DNA of 64,000 nt from an uncultured delta proteobacterium (GCA_963761335.1 CAVXGR010000012.1:544001-608000); one strand, 5' to 3'. Counted from the first letter of the stretch, positions 19,195 through 28,917 are shown. The notes: generated by a model from the sequence alone, not told the origin. Numbers and translations are program-made.

Positions 19195-21486
19195 ATGTGG
19201 CCGAATGGGGTCTGCCGTCGCTTCGCGACCGTGCTGACCGTCGCTCTCGTGTGGGGATTGACCTCCCCCGCGCGCGCCGATGACTACCAGTGGACGATCA
19301 CCGGAAGTGTTTCGTCGCTGCGTCACGCCGAGCAGCTCTCCCCAGTGCCGGAGGACCAGCCGCTCGCCGTCACCATCGGTCTCGCCTGGCGGAATCAGGA
19401 TCGACTCGAGCAGATTCTCAACGAGATCACCGCGCCGCAGTCACCTCGCTATGAGCAATACCTGAGCGCCGAGGAGTTCGACGCCGACTTCGCACCCACG
19501 AGCGCCGAGGTCAGTGCGCTTGCCAGCTACCTGGAAGCGAACGGCCTGACGGTGACCGGCAGCAGCCCGGATCGCCTGCTCGTCGAGGCGGCGGGCTCCG
19601 CCGGCGCCATCGAGAAGGCCTTCGGCACCCGGCTCCTCTTCTACCGCCAGGGCGACGACTCGTTCATCGCGCCCGAATCCGACCCGGCGCTGCCGTCGGC
19701 GATCGGCCGGCGGGTGCTCAGCATCCAGGGCCTCGAAACCCGCACGCAGATGCGCTCACACATGGTGACTCTCTCACCCGGCTTGCAGCCGCACACCGCG
19801 GGGGTTCCCTACAAGCCAGGAAACATCGCCGTGGCATACGGGTTCTCCTCGGCATACGACAACGGCATTCGCGGCGACGACTCTCGCGCCGCCACCATCG
19901 CCGTGGTCACGGCACACGGCTTCGACAAGGCCGCGGCCGGGAGCTTCTGGAGGGCCTTCAATCTGGCGCGTCCGGCAGGCGGCCTGTCGGTGGTGTCCGT
20001 CGGCACGCCCGCTACGGAGACGAGCTTGGAGACGACGCTCGACGTCGAGTGGGCCGGGGCGATGGCGCCGGGCTCCCCGCTGGTCGTCTACCAGTCGGCG
20101 GATACCAGCATCGCCAGCTTCGTGGCGCTGTACGACCGCGCCGTCGCCGACAACCGCGCCGCCGTGATCACCACCAGCTGGGGCGCCTGCGAGGACTCCC
20201 TGCCCTCCGCCTATCTGGCCCAGGCGCACGCCATCTTTCAGAAAGCGACGGCGCTCGGCATCACGGTGCTGGCGGCTTCCGGGGACGCCGGCGCACACGA
20301 CTGCGGCCCGGGAATGGTCTCCGTGGACTTCCCGGCGAGCGATCCTCTGGTGACCGCGGTCGGCGGCACCTCGCTGCGACTGCTGCCGGACGGCAGCTAC
20401 GGCAGCGAGGACGCCTGGTCGGACAGCGGCGGCGGCATGAGCAGCTACTGGTCACAGCCGCTCTGGCAGTCCAGCGCCGAGGCTCGCCGCGGGCTCTCGG
20501 ACGTGGCGCTCAACGCCGATCCCGCCACCGGCTATTACACGTGGTTCGACGATCTCTGGTGGCAGGTGGGCGGCACCAGCGTCGCGGCGCCCATCTGGGC
20601 GGCCGCCATCGCGATGTCGAACCAGGCGCGCCAGACCGCCGGGTACCCGACGCTCGGCTTGGTGGCGCCGCGACTCTGTGAGCTGGCGCGCGCCGGCACC
20701 CCGGCGCTCCGCGACATCGTCCGCGGCGGCAACGGTGTCTACCAGGCCGCCGCGGGCTGGGACTACCTCACCGGATGGGGCACTCCGGACGTCGGCCTGC
20801 TCACCGAGGCCCTGGCGAGCGATCTGTCGCCCACCGGCGTCGACGGCGGCGCGGTGATCGCCACGACCATCCATTCGCCCGCGGGTACGCCCCCCGCTCC
20901 GGCCGGCCGCGTGTCGTTCTGCTCGCGCTGCGCCAACAGCGTCCTCGATCTGAAGCTCGCCCTGGACGCCGGAACCTACGACCTGATGATCGGCTCGCAG
21001 ATGATGAAGTCGTTCACCACCGCCACCTCCGGGATCACCATGCAGAGCATCGCCAACGTCGACGCCCGCGGCAAGCTGGTCACCGTGCGGCGCCGAGGCG
21101 ATGCCGACGCCATGCTCTCCGGAATGGTGCCCACGGCCAACGCGCCGCCGCAGAACGTGCAGATGCGTCTCCAGCCGGCAGAGGAAAGCGCCGCCTCGGG
21201 CTTCGCCCGCTACCGCAGCCGCGCCGGGCACTCGAGCTTCGAGGTGCGCGTCTACGGCTTACCCGCCACCGAGTATGCCCTCGCCGTCGGCCGCACCAAC
21301 GCCGGGACGTTCAGCGTGCAGAAACGCGGCTCGCGCACCATCGGCATCGCCCGCTTCAGCATCGGCAGCCGCAGCGGCGCCCCCCTCACCTTCGATCCGT
21401 CCTGCCAGACGATCATCGTCAGCCGGAAGGGCGTCATCTACTTGCAGATCCCGGTGTTTGCCGAGGACCCCAGTCGATGCGGCTAG
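19195..21486 (+). CDS. Secreted S53 (sedolisin/kumamolisin) peptidase with pro-domain and C-terminal extension
   Basis: Signal peptide; pro-kumamolisin domain; ETTLDVE, ASGDAG, GGTSVAAP and GWDYLTGWGTP motifs. Confidence 0.9.
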   Translation: MWPNGVCRRFATVLTVALVWGLTSPARADDYQWTITGSVSSLRHAEQLSPVPEDQPLAVTIGLAWRNQDRLEQILNEITAPQSPRYEQYLSAEEFDADFAPTSAEVSALASYLEANGLTVTGSSPDRLLVEAAGSAGAIEKAFGTRLLFYRQGDDSFIAPESDPALPSAIGRRVLSIQGLETRTQMRSHMVTLSPGLQPHTAGVPYKPGNIAVAYGFSSAYDNGIRGDDSRAATIAVVTAHGFDKAAAGSFWRAFNLARPAGGLSVVSVGTPATETSLETTLDVEWAGAMAPGSPLVVYQSADTSIASFVALYDRAVADNRAAVITTSWGACEDSLPSAYLAQAHAIFQKATALGITVLAASGDAGAHDCGPGMVSVDFPASDPLVTAVGGTSLRLLPDGSYGSEDAWSDSGGGMSSYWSQPLWQSSAEARRGLSDVALNADPATGYYTWFDDLWWQVGGTSVAAPIWAAAIAMSNQARQTAGYPTLGLVAPRLCELARAGTPALRDIVRGGNGVYQAAAGWDYLTGWGTPDVGLLTEALASDLSPTGVDGGAVIATTIHSPAGTPPAPAGRVSFCSRCANSVLDLKLALDAGTYDLMIGSQMMKSFTTATSGITMQSIANVDARGKLVTVRRRGDADAMLSGMVPTANAPPQNVQMRLQPAEESAASGFARYRSRAGHSSFEVRVYGLPATEYALAVGRTNAGTFSVQKRGSRTIGIARFSIGSRSGAPLTFDPSCQTIIVSRKGVIYLQIPVFAEDPSRCG

Positions 21487-21491
21487 GAGAC

Positions 21492-21540
21492 GGGGGTTGA
21501 GGTGTTGAGGTGTTGGGTGTTGGGTGTTGGGTGTGAGGGG
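21492..21540. repeat. Intergenic GGTGTTG(A) 7/8-mer tandem tract
   Basis: ggtgttga ggtgttg ggtgttg ggtgttg ggtgtga. Confidence 0.8.
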
Positions 21541-21546
21541 GGAACC

Positions 21547-22233
21547 ATGCAACTGACCGATGTCGCGCGCAACTACGACTGGGCGGCGCCGCGGTACGAC
21601 CGCTGGACCGATCTGGTCTTCGGCGGCCTTCTGCGCATCGAGAAGTATCGCGAGAAGACCATCGATCTGCTCGGGTCGCTGCACGGCGCCACCGTCCTCG
21701 ATATCGGCTGCGGGACCGGGAGGAACTTTCCCATCCTGGTTCCACGCCTCGGTGCCGGCGGACGAATCATCGGGCTCGACTACTCCGCGGGGATGCTGGC
21801 GCAGGCCCGCAGGCGGATTGAGACGCACGCATGGGGGAACGTGCATCTGCTTCGCGGCGACGCCGCCAGGTTCGGGGGCGTTCCCGAGAAGGTCGACGCC
21901 GTCGTCTCCATGTGGTGCCTCGGCATCGTCTACGATCTCGAGGCGGCGCTGCACCGCATCCTCGATGTTCTCCGGCCCGGAGGGCGCCTCGCCATCATGG
22001 ACTTCGCTCGGACCCGGCCCGACCGCGGGCTTCTCCATTGGCTCTACCCGTTCTACCGCTTTGCCCTCGTCGGCGCCGGGATCGATTCTCCCGAAGACAT
22101 GGACGATGCGGCGCTGCGGCGGCGCTGGGACGAGGGCCGGCGCTTCTTGCACCGCCGCCTCGATGCGGTGCACGAGGAGACGTACCTCTCCGGAGGCGGC
22201 CTGATCATCGCCGGCACCAAGCCGACCGGCTAG
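21547..22233 (+). CDS. Class I SAM-dependent methyltransferase
   Basis: VLDIGCGTG, GLDYSAGML and LRPGG motifs. Confidence 0.88.
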   Translation: MQLTDVARNYDWAAPRYDRWTDLVFGGLLRIEKYREKTIDLLGSLHGATVLDIGCGTGRNFPILVPRLGAGGRIIGLDYSAGMLAQARRRIETHAWGNVHLLRGDAARFGGVPEKVDAVVSMWCLGIVYDLEAALHRILDVLRPGGRLAIMDFARTRPDRGLLHWLYPFYRFALVGAGIDSPEDMDDAALRRRWDEGRRFLHRRLDAVHEETYLSGGGLIIAGTKPTG

Positions 22234-23678
22234 GATTGCCCGACGACCTCGAGCTGCAGCCTGCCGATCACGCCGATCATGGCGAGGTGGTCCTCGGGGC
22301 CGCCGGCCACGAACTTGACGTGGGTGACGTCGGCGGGAAACTGGCCGAAGACCGGGTCGACGGAGACCCAGCGGTCGAGCCACACCTCGTTCCAGGCGTG
22401 GTAGTAGAAGGCCCCGTTCAGATAGACCACGCCGGCCACGGCGCGCGCCGGCAGGCCCGCGGCGCGCGCCAGAGCCGCGAAGAGGACGGCGTGCTCGTTG
22501 CAATCCCCCTCGCCGCTGTCGAGCACCTGCAGGGCATTGGGCACGCTCACGGTCGGCACCTTGCGAAGCGTCTTGAAGACCCACCGCTCCAGCATCGCCG
22601 CCGCCTGCGCCGGCCGCGTCTCGCCGTGCAGGATCTGCGCCGCCAGGGCGCGAATGCGCGGGTGATCGCTCTGCAGCAACGGCGACGGCGAGATCTCCGC
22701 CCGCCACTGCGCTCCCCGATACGGGAGCGCGTACGACGTCTCCGCCGGAATGCTCTCGCGCACCAGCTCGAGCACCTGGCCGTCCCAGTGCTGGCGCTCG
22801 TCGGAGGGCACCTGCTGGGGGTCGACGCCGCTGACGCGCAGGCGCAGGCGCTGAAGCGAGCCGGGATCCTCGATCGGCTGCTGCACCGGGATCGCGGCCG
22901 AGGCCACCAGGTCCAACGCCGCCGCTCCCCAGTGAGCGGTGACCGCCTCCGCGGCCGTCTCCCGCTTGAGCACCAGCCCCATCGGACCTTCCTCGCGAAT
23001 CGCCCGGCCGTCATCGTCCACCCAGCTGCGCGAGGTGATGCCGGCGTACTGCTCCTCGAGGCGCCAGCCGGTGCGCCGCGGCTCGGTGTCCGGCACCGGC
23101 TCCTTCCGCACCACCGTGGTCACCACCCGCTGGTCCTTCATCATCGCCGGGTCGAAGACCAGCGACTCGTATCGCTTCCCGGGCTCCATCGGCCCGCGAA
23201 CCACCAGCTGCCGCACGCTGGCCGGAAGGTAGATCGGAGAGTCGAGATCCATCGAGGTGGTGGACTTCTCGCCGCCGATCTCGGTCTCCAGGAGAAAGGC
23301 GCGCCCGTCGCGGTGCGCCTCGGCGCGAAAGGTGGAGGGGCCGTTCTGCATCTCGAAGCGGACCCGCTCGAGGCTGTAATCGGCGGCGGTCTGCGCCGTC
23401 ATGTTGGTGCGCACCGTCTGCTGCGTCTCCATGACGTTGAGGCGCAAGAAGGAGCTCTCCTCGAAGTGGAAGCCGCCGCTGTCCGGCGAGATCGCCAGGT
23501 GCGCGTAGCCGATCTTCTCGCCGCCGTGATACAGACCCATCCACTCGTCGCCCGCGGCCGCTCCCGCCACCGGCGGCAGACGTTCGCCGCCGGCCCGGGG
23601 ACCGCGGTTGCGCTCTACCAGCACGGCCAGCAGCACGATCCAGACGACCACGATCCCCAGACGCAAGACTCTCTTCAT
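22230..23678 (-). CDS. Membrane-anchored transglutaminase-like domain protein
   Basis: GDCNEHA, HAWNEV and VDP catalytic triad motifs; N-terminal TM. Confidence 0.85.
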   Translation of the reverse strand: MKRVLRLGIVVVWIVLLAVLVERNRGPRAGGERLPPVAGAAAGDEWMGLYHGGEKIGYAHLAISPDSGGFHFEESSFLRLNVMETQQTVRTNMTAQTAADYSLERVRFEMQNGPSTFRAEAHRDGRAFLLETEIGGEKSTTSMDLDSPIYLPASVRQLVVRGPMEPGKRYESLVFDPAMMKDQRVVTTVVRKEPVPDTEPRRTGWRLEEQYAGITSRSWVDDDGRAIREEGPMGLVLKRETAAEAVTAHWGAAALDLVASAAIPVQQPIEDPGSLQRLRLRVSGVDPQQVPSDERQHWDGQVLELVRESIPAETSYALPYRGAQWRAEISPSPLLQSDHPRIRALAAQILHGETRPAQAAAMLERWVFKTLRKVPTVSVPNALQVLDSGEGDCNEHAVLFAALARAAGLPARAVAGVVYLNGAFYYHAWNEVWLDRWVSVDPVFGQFPADVTHVKFVAGGPEDHLAMIGVIGRLQLEVVGQS

Positions 23679-23723
23679 CACTTGCCCCTGCACCGGCGCT
23701 CCCGCTATCGTTTTTCACCCTCC

Positions 23724-24188
23724 ATGAAGCCTTCTCGTTTCGCCGCGGACGTCATGCTCGGACGCCTGGCCACCTGGCTGCGACTGATCGGACAGGACAC
23801 CGCATACGGCCCCCATCTTGCCGGAAGGACGCTGCTTCGACTAGCGCGCGCCGAGGGCCGCGAGATCCTGACCCGCAACACGGCTCTGATGCGGCGGGCC
23901 GACGTGCCGGCGCTGTACATCGAGAGCGACCACTTTCGCGAGCAGCTCCGCCAGGTGGTGCGCCACTACCACATCGACCCGTTCGCCGCCGCCTTCACCC
24001 GCTGCAGGCGCTGCAACGCCCTGCTCGAGCCGGTGCCGCGCCCGCAAGCCGCCGTCCGCGTCCCGCCCTACGTGGCGCAGACAGCCGGCGATTTCGTCCG
24101 CTGCCCCCGCTGCCGGCGCATCTACTGGCCCGGGACCCACCAGGAGCGCATGCGCGCTGAGCTGCGGGCCATGGAGCTCGCCTGCTGA
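23724..24188 (+). CDS. Mut7-C RNase (PIN-like, DUF82) domain protein
   Basis: DVMLGRLATWLRLIG.DT, FTRC..CN, CPRC.RIYW.GTH. Confidence 0.88.
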   Translation: MKPSRFAADVMLGRLATWLRLIGQDTAYGPHLAGRTLLRLARAEGREILTRNTALMRRADVPALYIESDHFREQLRQVVRHYHIDPFAAAFTRCRRCNALLEPVPRPQAAVRVPPYVAQTAGDFVRCPRCRRIYWPGTHQERMRAELRAMELAC

Positions 24189-24249
24189 GCCGACCGGCTT
24201 CCGCCCTGCTCTGGATTTCGGGGCATCGCGGCGATAGTATTTGCGGACC

Positions 24250-24534
24250 ATGGCGACCCCGACGATCGGCGACAGCGAGTTTGTCCTCGGCTGGTGCGCG
24301 GACTGCGAGAGGCGCGTGCTTCCCTACGTCGAGCTGGGGGAGGACGGCGCCGAGGTCTACCGCTGCCTGCACTGCGACTCGGCCACTCTCGAGGAGATGA
24401 GCGGCGCCAGCGCCGCCGAGATCGAGGAAGCGGGCTACGGCGTGGTCGAGGCGCGCGTCTGCGGCAACGGCGGCGGCTGCAGTAGCGGCTGCGGCAGCCG
24501 TGGCGAGAGAAACCCCAAGTCGCCGGAGCGATAG
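24250..24534 (+). CDS. Small Cys-rich putative zinc-binding protein
   Basis: CADC, CLHC and a CGNGGGCSSGC tail; host-like codon use. Confidence 0.6.
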   Translation: MATPTIGDSEFVLGWCADCERRVLPYVELGEDGAEVYRCLHCDSATLEEMSGASAAEIEEAGYGVVEARVCGNGGGCSSGCGSRGERNPKSPER

Positions 24535-24541
24535 AGATCCG

Positions 24542-24727
24542 ATGCCCAGCGAGAAAGCCAAGGAGAACAAGCTGCTGACCGCGGAGTGCACCGCCTGCGG
24601 CAAGACTGTCTCGGTCGAGGTGATGACCGGCACGCTCGTCGGCCGCGGCCCGCACCGGCACACCGTTCCGGTCTGCGACGAATGCCGCGTCAAGGGCTGG
24701 GAGCCGCCCGAGGCCGCGGCCAGCTGA
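24542..24727 (+). CDS. Small zinc-ribbon protein
   Basis: CTAC and CDEC pairs; starts 7 nt after the previous stop. Confidence 0.6.
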   Translation: MPSEKAKENKLLTAECTACGKTVSVEVMTGTLVGRGPHRHTVPVCDECRVKGWEPPEAAAS

Positions 24728-24762
24728 CGCCGCTTTGCCCACCAACCCGCCCATCCACCCTG

Positions 24763-24840
24763 CCAGGTTGTTGGGTTGTCAAGGTGTTGGTTGTTGGTGT
24801 GGAAGCGCCAGCAACCAACACCTTAACAACCTAACAACCT
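24763..24840. repeat. Inverted 7/8-mer repeat hairpin
   Basis: aggttgttgggttgtcaaggtgttggttgttgg arm paired with ccagcaaccaacaccttaacaacctaacaacct. Confidence 0.75.
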
Positions 24841-24921
24841 TCGCCTGTCGCGCCGGCGGCTCGAATTCTTCGGCAAAGCGGCGTCTCGCCGCTTCTACCT
24901 GCTTCGAAAATGTCTTGGGTG

Positions 24922-25068
24922 AGGGTCTGGCGGAGCCCCGGCGCTTGGCGTGGAGGCTTATCGCCCCGAAGGGTCTGGCGGAGCCCCGGCGCTTGGCGTG
25001 GAGGCTTATCGCCCCGGAGGGTCTGGCGGAGCCCCGGCGCTTGGCGTGGAGGCTTATCGCCCCGGAGG
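24922..25068. repeat. Three tandem 48-bp repeats
   Basis: Unit agggtctggcggagccccggcgcttggcgtggaggcttatcgccccg(a/g) at 24922, 24970 and 25018. Confidence 0.9.
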
Positions 25069-25319
25069 GGCGCAGGCATGTAGCCCCGGGTGTCAACCCG
25101 GGGACCGTGTTGGCCCAGATCAGCGCCCCGAAGGGGCGCAGGCGTGGAGGCCACGTGAATCACCTCGATGAGCTTCCCACGCACCCAGTGGTGATCATCG
25201 GCGTACGGGCGCGACATCGACGAAATTTGCCCGCGCCCCTGGCGGGGCGCCTATGACGGACCGTGCACTTTTCCCCGGGTTTCACCCGGGGCTACACGCC
25301 ACCGCCCCTCCGGGGCGAA
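25057..25319. repeat. Multi-hairpin REPIN/MITE-like element
   Basis: tcgccccggaggggcg and tgtagccccgggtgtcaacccgggg are mirrored by ccccgggtttcacccggggctaca and cgcccctccggggcga. Confidence 0.7.
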
Positions 25320-25462
25320 CTTCGCCCAGGCCAGAACTGCCAAATCTCTTCCCGGGTCAGAACCCCGGCCTCATTTTCATCGTCTGCTGGCGAGCCGCAA
25401 GGCTCATGAGGCACTGCTTTCTGGACCGCGCCCGCGGGTAGCGGTAGACTGGCCGCGGCTTC

Positions 25463-26614
25463 ATGGCGAATCAGCGGCGTCGGCGGCTCTGGCTCGGTGC
25501 GGCGGGCATCGGTATCGCACTCGTGCTCGGCGGGCTCGTCCTGTGGACGGCCGGGGCTCTGCGCCCCGAGCCGGAGACCCCAGGGGCAGCGGCCCGGGCG
25601 GCAGCCCATCCGCCCCCTGCCGCGGCGGCCGCAGCCAGGCCCTCGCCGGGGGCCGTTGCCGTGGCCACTGCGACCGCGGCTGGGAACACCGGCGGCGTCG
25701 AGAGCGCCGCGAAAGCCTTCGGGCGCGCCACGGCGGAGGACTACCGGCGCCGCGCCCGCTATCCGCACTCTTCGCAGCCGCTCGCCGAGGGCGAGGATCC
25801 GCTGCTGCGCGACCGCGAGGTGTCGCCGATCACCGCCGCCGGCGAGGGGGGCGCGGAGCCGACGCTCACCGTTTTCCCGGAGCAGGTGAGCTTCCAGTCG
25901 CCGGAGCCGGTGCGGCTGTTCGCCTATCTCTCGGCAAGCGGCGAGCGGCTGCCGGCCGGCGAGATCACCGCCGAGGTGCTCGATCAGAACCTCCAGCCAC
26001 TCGCCTCGCTCGTCTATCGCGACGACGGCGAAGAAGGAGACGCCACCGCCGGCGATCGTCTGTACAGCGCCCTCTTTCAACCCGGCGACCTGCTCGGCGA
26101 TCGGCTGAGCGCCTCCTTTATGGTGCGGGTACGCGCCACCACCGCCGGCGGCGAGCGCCGCGACGCCACCACCGGGTTCCTGTACGGGTCCCCCGACGCG
26201 GTGCTCAGCGGCCGCTTCCGCGACTCGCTCGACGGCGGCGACCTGCTCATCGGCGCCGAGGTCGAGGTGCGCGCCGCCGGCCGCTTCCACCTCGAGGCAT
26301 CGCTCTACGCGCCTGACGGGCGCCCGCTCGCCTGGGCGCAGAACGCCGCCGAGCTGTCTCCCGGCCGGCAATGGATATCGCTGCGCTACTACGGCCTGAT
26401 TCTGCACGAGCAGGGAATCGACGGCCCCTACCGCCTGCGCTTCGCGGCGCTGTCGACGACCACGCGCATGCCCAACGCCAAGAACGACTTGCTGGAGAGC
26501 TCCTTCCTCACCCAGCCGTACGCCGCCGCCGACTTCACCAGCACGCCCTTCGACGATCCCGGACTGCTCGACGCGGCGCGCCGCGTCGAGCGCGACACGG
26601 GGGGTGGCGGGTGA
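25463..26614 (+). CDS. Membrane-anchored exported protein with a choice-of-anchor-X-like motif
   Basis: N-terminal TM, Ala/Pro linker, YRDDGEEGDATAGDRLYSA motif. Confidence 0.65.
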   Translation: MANQRRRRLWLGAAGIGIALVLGGLVLWTAGALRPEPETPGAAARAAAHPPPAAAAAARPSPGAVAVATATAAGNTGGVESAAKAFGRATAEDYRRRARYPHSSQPLAEGEDPLLRDREVSPITAAGEGGAEPTLTVFPEQVSFQSPEPVRLFAYLSASGERLPAGEITAEVLDQNLQPLASLVYRDDGEEGDATAGDRLYSALFQPGDLLGDRLSASFMVRVRATTAGGERRDATTGFLYGSPDAVLSGRFRDSLDGGDLLIGAEVEVRAAGRFHLEASLYAPDGRPLAWAQNAAELSPGRQWISLRYYGLILHEQGIDGPYRLRFAALSTTTRMPNAKNDLLESSFLTQPYAAADFTSTPFDDPGLLDAARRVERDTGGGG

Positions 26615-26640
26615 GGAGAGAATGTCTTCGCGGCTCGCAG

Positions 26641-26688
26641 AGAAATGTAGAATGAAGAACCGGTGACCGGGGATGGAGAACCGGTCAA
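26641..26688. repeat. Single arm of the repeat family also found at 61846-61953
   Basis: aatgtagaatgaagaaccggtgaccggggatggagaaccgg matches the element upstream of lexA. Confidence 0.7.
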
Positions 26689-26701
26689 CAGGCTGAACCG
26701 G

Positions 26702-27211
26702 TCAACCCTCTGAGCCGGTGGCGTCGAGCTGGCGCAGGGCCTCGTAAAGGACGATGGAGACGGCGTTGGAGAGGTTGAGGCTGCGAACGTGCGGCGTGCG
26801 CATCGGAATCGCGTAGGTCGACTCCCGGTGAGCAACCAGCAGCGCCGGCGGCAGGCCACGCGTCTCGCCGCCGAAAACGAGCCAGTCGCCGGCTCGGTGC
26901 GCGACCGTGAGGTAGGAGCGCGGCCCCCTTGCCGAGTAGTAGAAGCAGCGCCGGCCCTCGAGCAGCGGCGCGAAGTCCTCCCAGCCGGGATAGATATGGG
27001 CGTCGACGTGCGGCCAGTAGTCGAGACCGGCGCGCTTCAGGTGCTTGTCGTCGATGCTGAAGCCGAGCGGTCCCACGAGGTGCAAGCGCGTGGCGGTGGC
27101 GGCGCAGAGGCGGGCGATGCTTCCCGTGTTGGGAGGGATCTCCGGCTGCACCAGAACCACGTGCAGCAGCGGCGCCTCAGTCGCGCCCGATCGGGTGGAC
27201 GACGCCTCCAC
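26702..27211 (-). CDS. trmL: tRNA (cytidine/uridine34-2'-O)-methyltransferase
   Basis: PEIPPNTG, LKRAGLDYW, FG.ET.GLP, RSLNLSN. Confidence 0.93.
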   Translation of the reverse strand: MEASSTRSGATEAPLLHVVLVQPEIPPNTGSIARLCAATATRLHLVGPLGFSIDDKHLKRAGLDYWPHVDAHIYPGWEDFAPLLEGRRCFYYSARGPRSYLTVAHRAGDWLVFGGETRGLPPALLVAHRESTYAIPMRTPHVRSLNLSNAVSIVLYEALRQLDATGSEG

Positions 27212-27638
27212 TGCGAATGCCGAAGCGGCCGGGGCGCTCCTCCTCGATGTACGGCGAGAGCTGATAGTACGCCGCCCGCAGGAAGCGCGCCCGCTCTCGA
27301 CCGCCCTTCACCCGGCCGTAGAGCACGTGGCCGTCGCCGATGTGCACGGTGTCGAGGGACAGTGGCTCCACCGTGCCGTCATTCAGCAGCACCTGAAAGC
27401 CGGAGTCCGGGTCGCCCTCGACCTGCACCACCACGTACGCGGTGTCCTCGACCTCGACCGGGGCGCGGTCGAAGCCGATCTCGATGCGATACGAGCCGTC
27501 CTCCTGGCGGACCAGGTTCTCGCTGAACAGGCGCGCAATCCGCTCGTTGGCGATCGGCTCGCCGTCGGCGTACCAGACGCCGTCGCGTCCGAAGCGGATC
27601 TTGCTGGAGCGGATCTCGTAGAAGCCGGCGCGCGGCAT
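27177..27638 (-). CDS. DUF1285-like protein
   Basis: I...G.WY..G..I...RI..LF and VEVEDT pattern. Confidence 0.65.
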   Translation of the reverse strand: MPRAGFYEIRSSKIRFGRDGVWYADGEPIANERIARLFSENLVRQEDGSYRIEIGFDRAPVEVEDTAYVVVQVEGDPDSGFQVLLNDGTVEPLSLDTVHIGDGHVLYGRVKGGRERARFLRAAYYQLSPYIEEERPGRFGIRSGGVVHPIGRD

Positions 27639-27651
27639 GGCTTGACGACTC

Positions 27652-28098
27652 CTATCTCTCGCGGCTGTCGAGCCAGATGGTCACTGGTCCGTCGTTGACG
27701 AGCTCGACCTGCATCTCGGCCCCGAAGCGCCCGGTCTCCACCTTCAGTCCCTTGCCGCGCAGACAGGCGGTGAAGTGCGAGTAGAGCTCCACCGCACGTG
27801 CGGCCGGCGCCGCCCGGTGGAAGGACGGGCGCCGGCCCTTGCGACTATCGGCGTGCAGGGTGAACTGGGAAACCGCCAGGACCTCGCCGCCGAGATCCCG
27901 CACCGAGGCGACCCAGGCGCCTTCCGGTCCGTCGAAGATGCGCAGCTCCGCCACCTTCGCCGCCAGCCACTCTGCATCTCGCGGTTCGTCATCCACCGCC
28001 ACGCCGAGGAAGATCACCAGACCGGCGCGTATGGCGCCGACGACCTGCTCGGCGACCACCACGCGGGCGTTGCGGACCCGCTGCAGAAGAGCACGCAT
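27652..28098 (-). CDS. dtd: D-aminoacyl-tRNA deacylase
   Basis: [26 protein letters not shown]. Confidence 0.95.
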   Translation of the reverse strand: MRALLQRVRNARVVVAEQVVGAIRAGLVIFLGVAVDDEPRDAEWLAAKVAELRIFDGPEGAWVASVRDLGGEVLAVSQFTLHADSRKGRRPSFHRAAPAARAVELYSHFTACLRGKGLKVETGRFGAEMQVELVNDGPVTIWLDSRER

Positions 28099-28107
28099 GC
28101 GCGTCGA

Positions 28108-28308
28108 TCACTCCCAGTCGTCTTCCTCCTCCTCGTCTTCATCGTCGTCGTCGTCCTCGTCCCAGTCCTCGTCGTCGTCCCAATCCTCTTCGTCGTCGTC
28201 TCCCTCCTCCTCGTCGTCCTCTTCCCAGTCGTCGGGCTCGTCTTTGCGCAGGGCTTCCCGCCAATCCTTCATGCCAAGCTCCTTTTCCATTCGGTACCCA
28301 TCCAGCAT
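28108..28308 (-). CDS. Small, highly acidic protein
   Basis: GGGGAG RBS before ATG 28308; fills the gap between co-oriented genes; D/E/W-rich tail. Confidence 0.6.
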   Translation of the reverse strand: MLDGYRMEKELGMKDWREALRKDEPDDWEEDDEEEGDDDEEDWDDDEDWDEDDDDDEDEEEEDDWE

Positions 28309-28347
28309 CGCATCTCCCCCGTGCAGAATGTGCATTTGCAGCCTCCC

Positions 28348-28917
28348 CTACTTCTCGATGACGACGCGTGTGCCGACGTCCACCAGCGAGTAGAGATCCT
28401 CGATGTCCTTGTTCAGCAGCGAGATGCAGCCGCGCGTCCAGTTGTCGCCGCGGCGATTGACGGCGTCGTCGACGGTGCCGTGAATGCCGACCTGACCGCC
28501 GACGCCGGGATTGGTCGGCAGGAGACCGAACTCGCGGCTCCAGTCGTACAGGTGGACGTTCAACGGCGTCGGGTAGTCGAGCAACATGAACCGCGACCAG
28601 GCGCGGTGCGGATACTTCGCCAGGATGTGGTACTCGCCCTCGGGCGTGCGGTTGTCTCCCTCGTGCAGCTTGGCGCCGTAGGGATCGCCGCCGAGCACGA
28701 TCGGATAGCTCCGGATCGGCGTGGTGTCGTCGTAGACGGTCAGCCGCCGATCGAGCTTCTGCACCCGGATCCAACGACCGAGACGGGCCCCCTCGACCTC
28801 CCCCGCCTGCGGGACCTTGGGCGGCTCCACCACCGCCGGTGGCGGCTGCCGCAAAGCGCAGCCGGCGATCAGCGCCAGCGCCGCCGCCAGCCCGAGCGTC
28901 CCTCTTCGTGCGGTCAT
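28348..28917 (-). CDS. L,D-transpeptidase (YkuD) family lipoprotein
   Basis: Lipobox IAGC; EGDNRTPEG, GIHG and WTRGCI motifs. Confidence 0.9.
   Translation of the reverse strand: MTARRGTLGLAAALALIAGCALRQPPPAVVEPPKVPQAGEVEGARLGRWIRVQKLDRRLTVYDDTTPIRSYPIVLGGDPYGAKLHEGDNRTPEGEYHILAKYPHRAWSRFMLLDYPTPLNVHLYDWSREFGLLPTNPGVGGQVGIHGTVDDAVNRRGDNWTRGCISLLNKDIEDLYSLVDVGTRVVIEK

Noticed and set aside
21831..23723. Long N-terminal extension of the Mut7-C ORF (785 aa in the track)
   Set aside because: It overlaps the methyltransferase and transglutaminase genes; the recognisable domain starts at ATG 23724
24922..25068. CRISPR array
   Set aside because: The units are near-identical end to end with no unique spacers, and no cas genes are present
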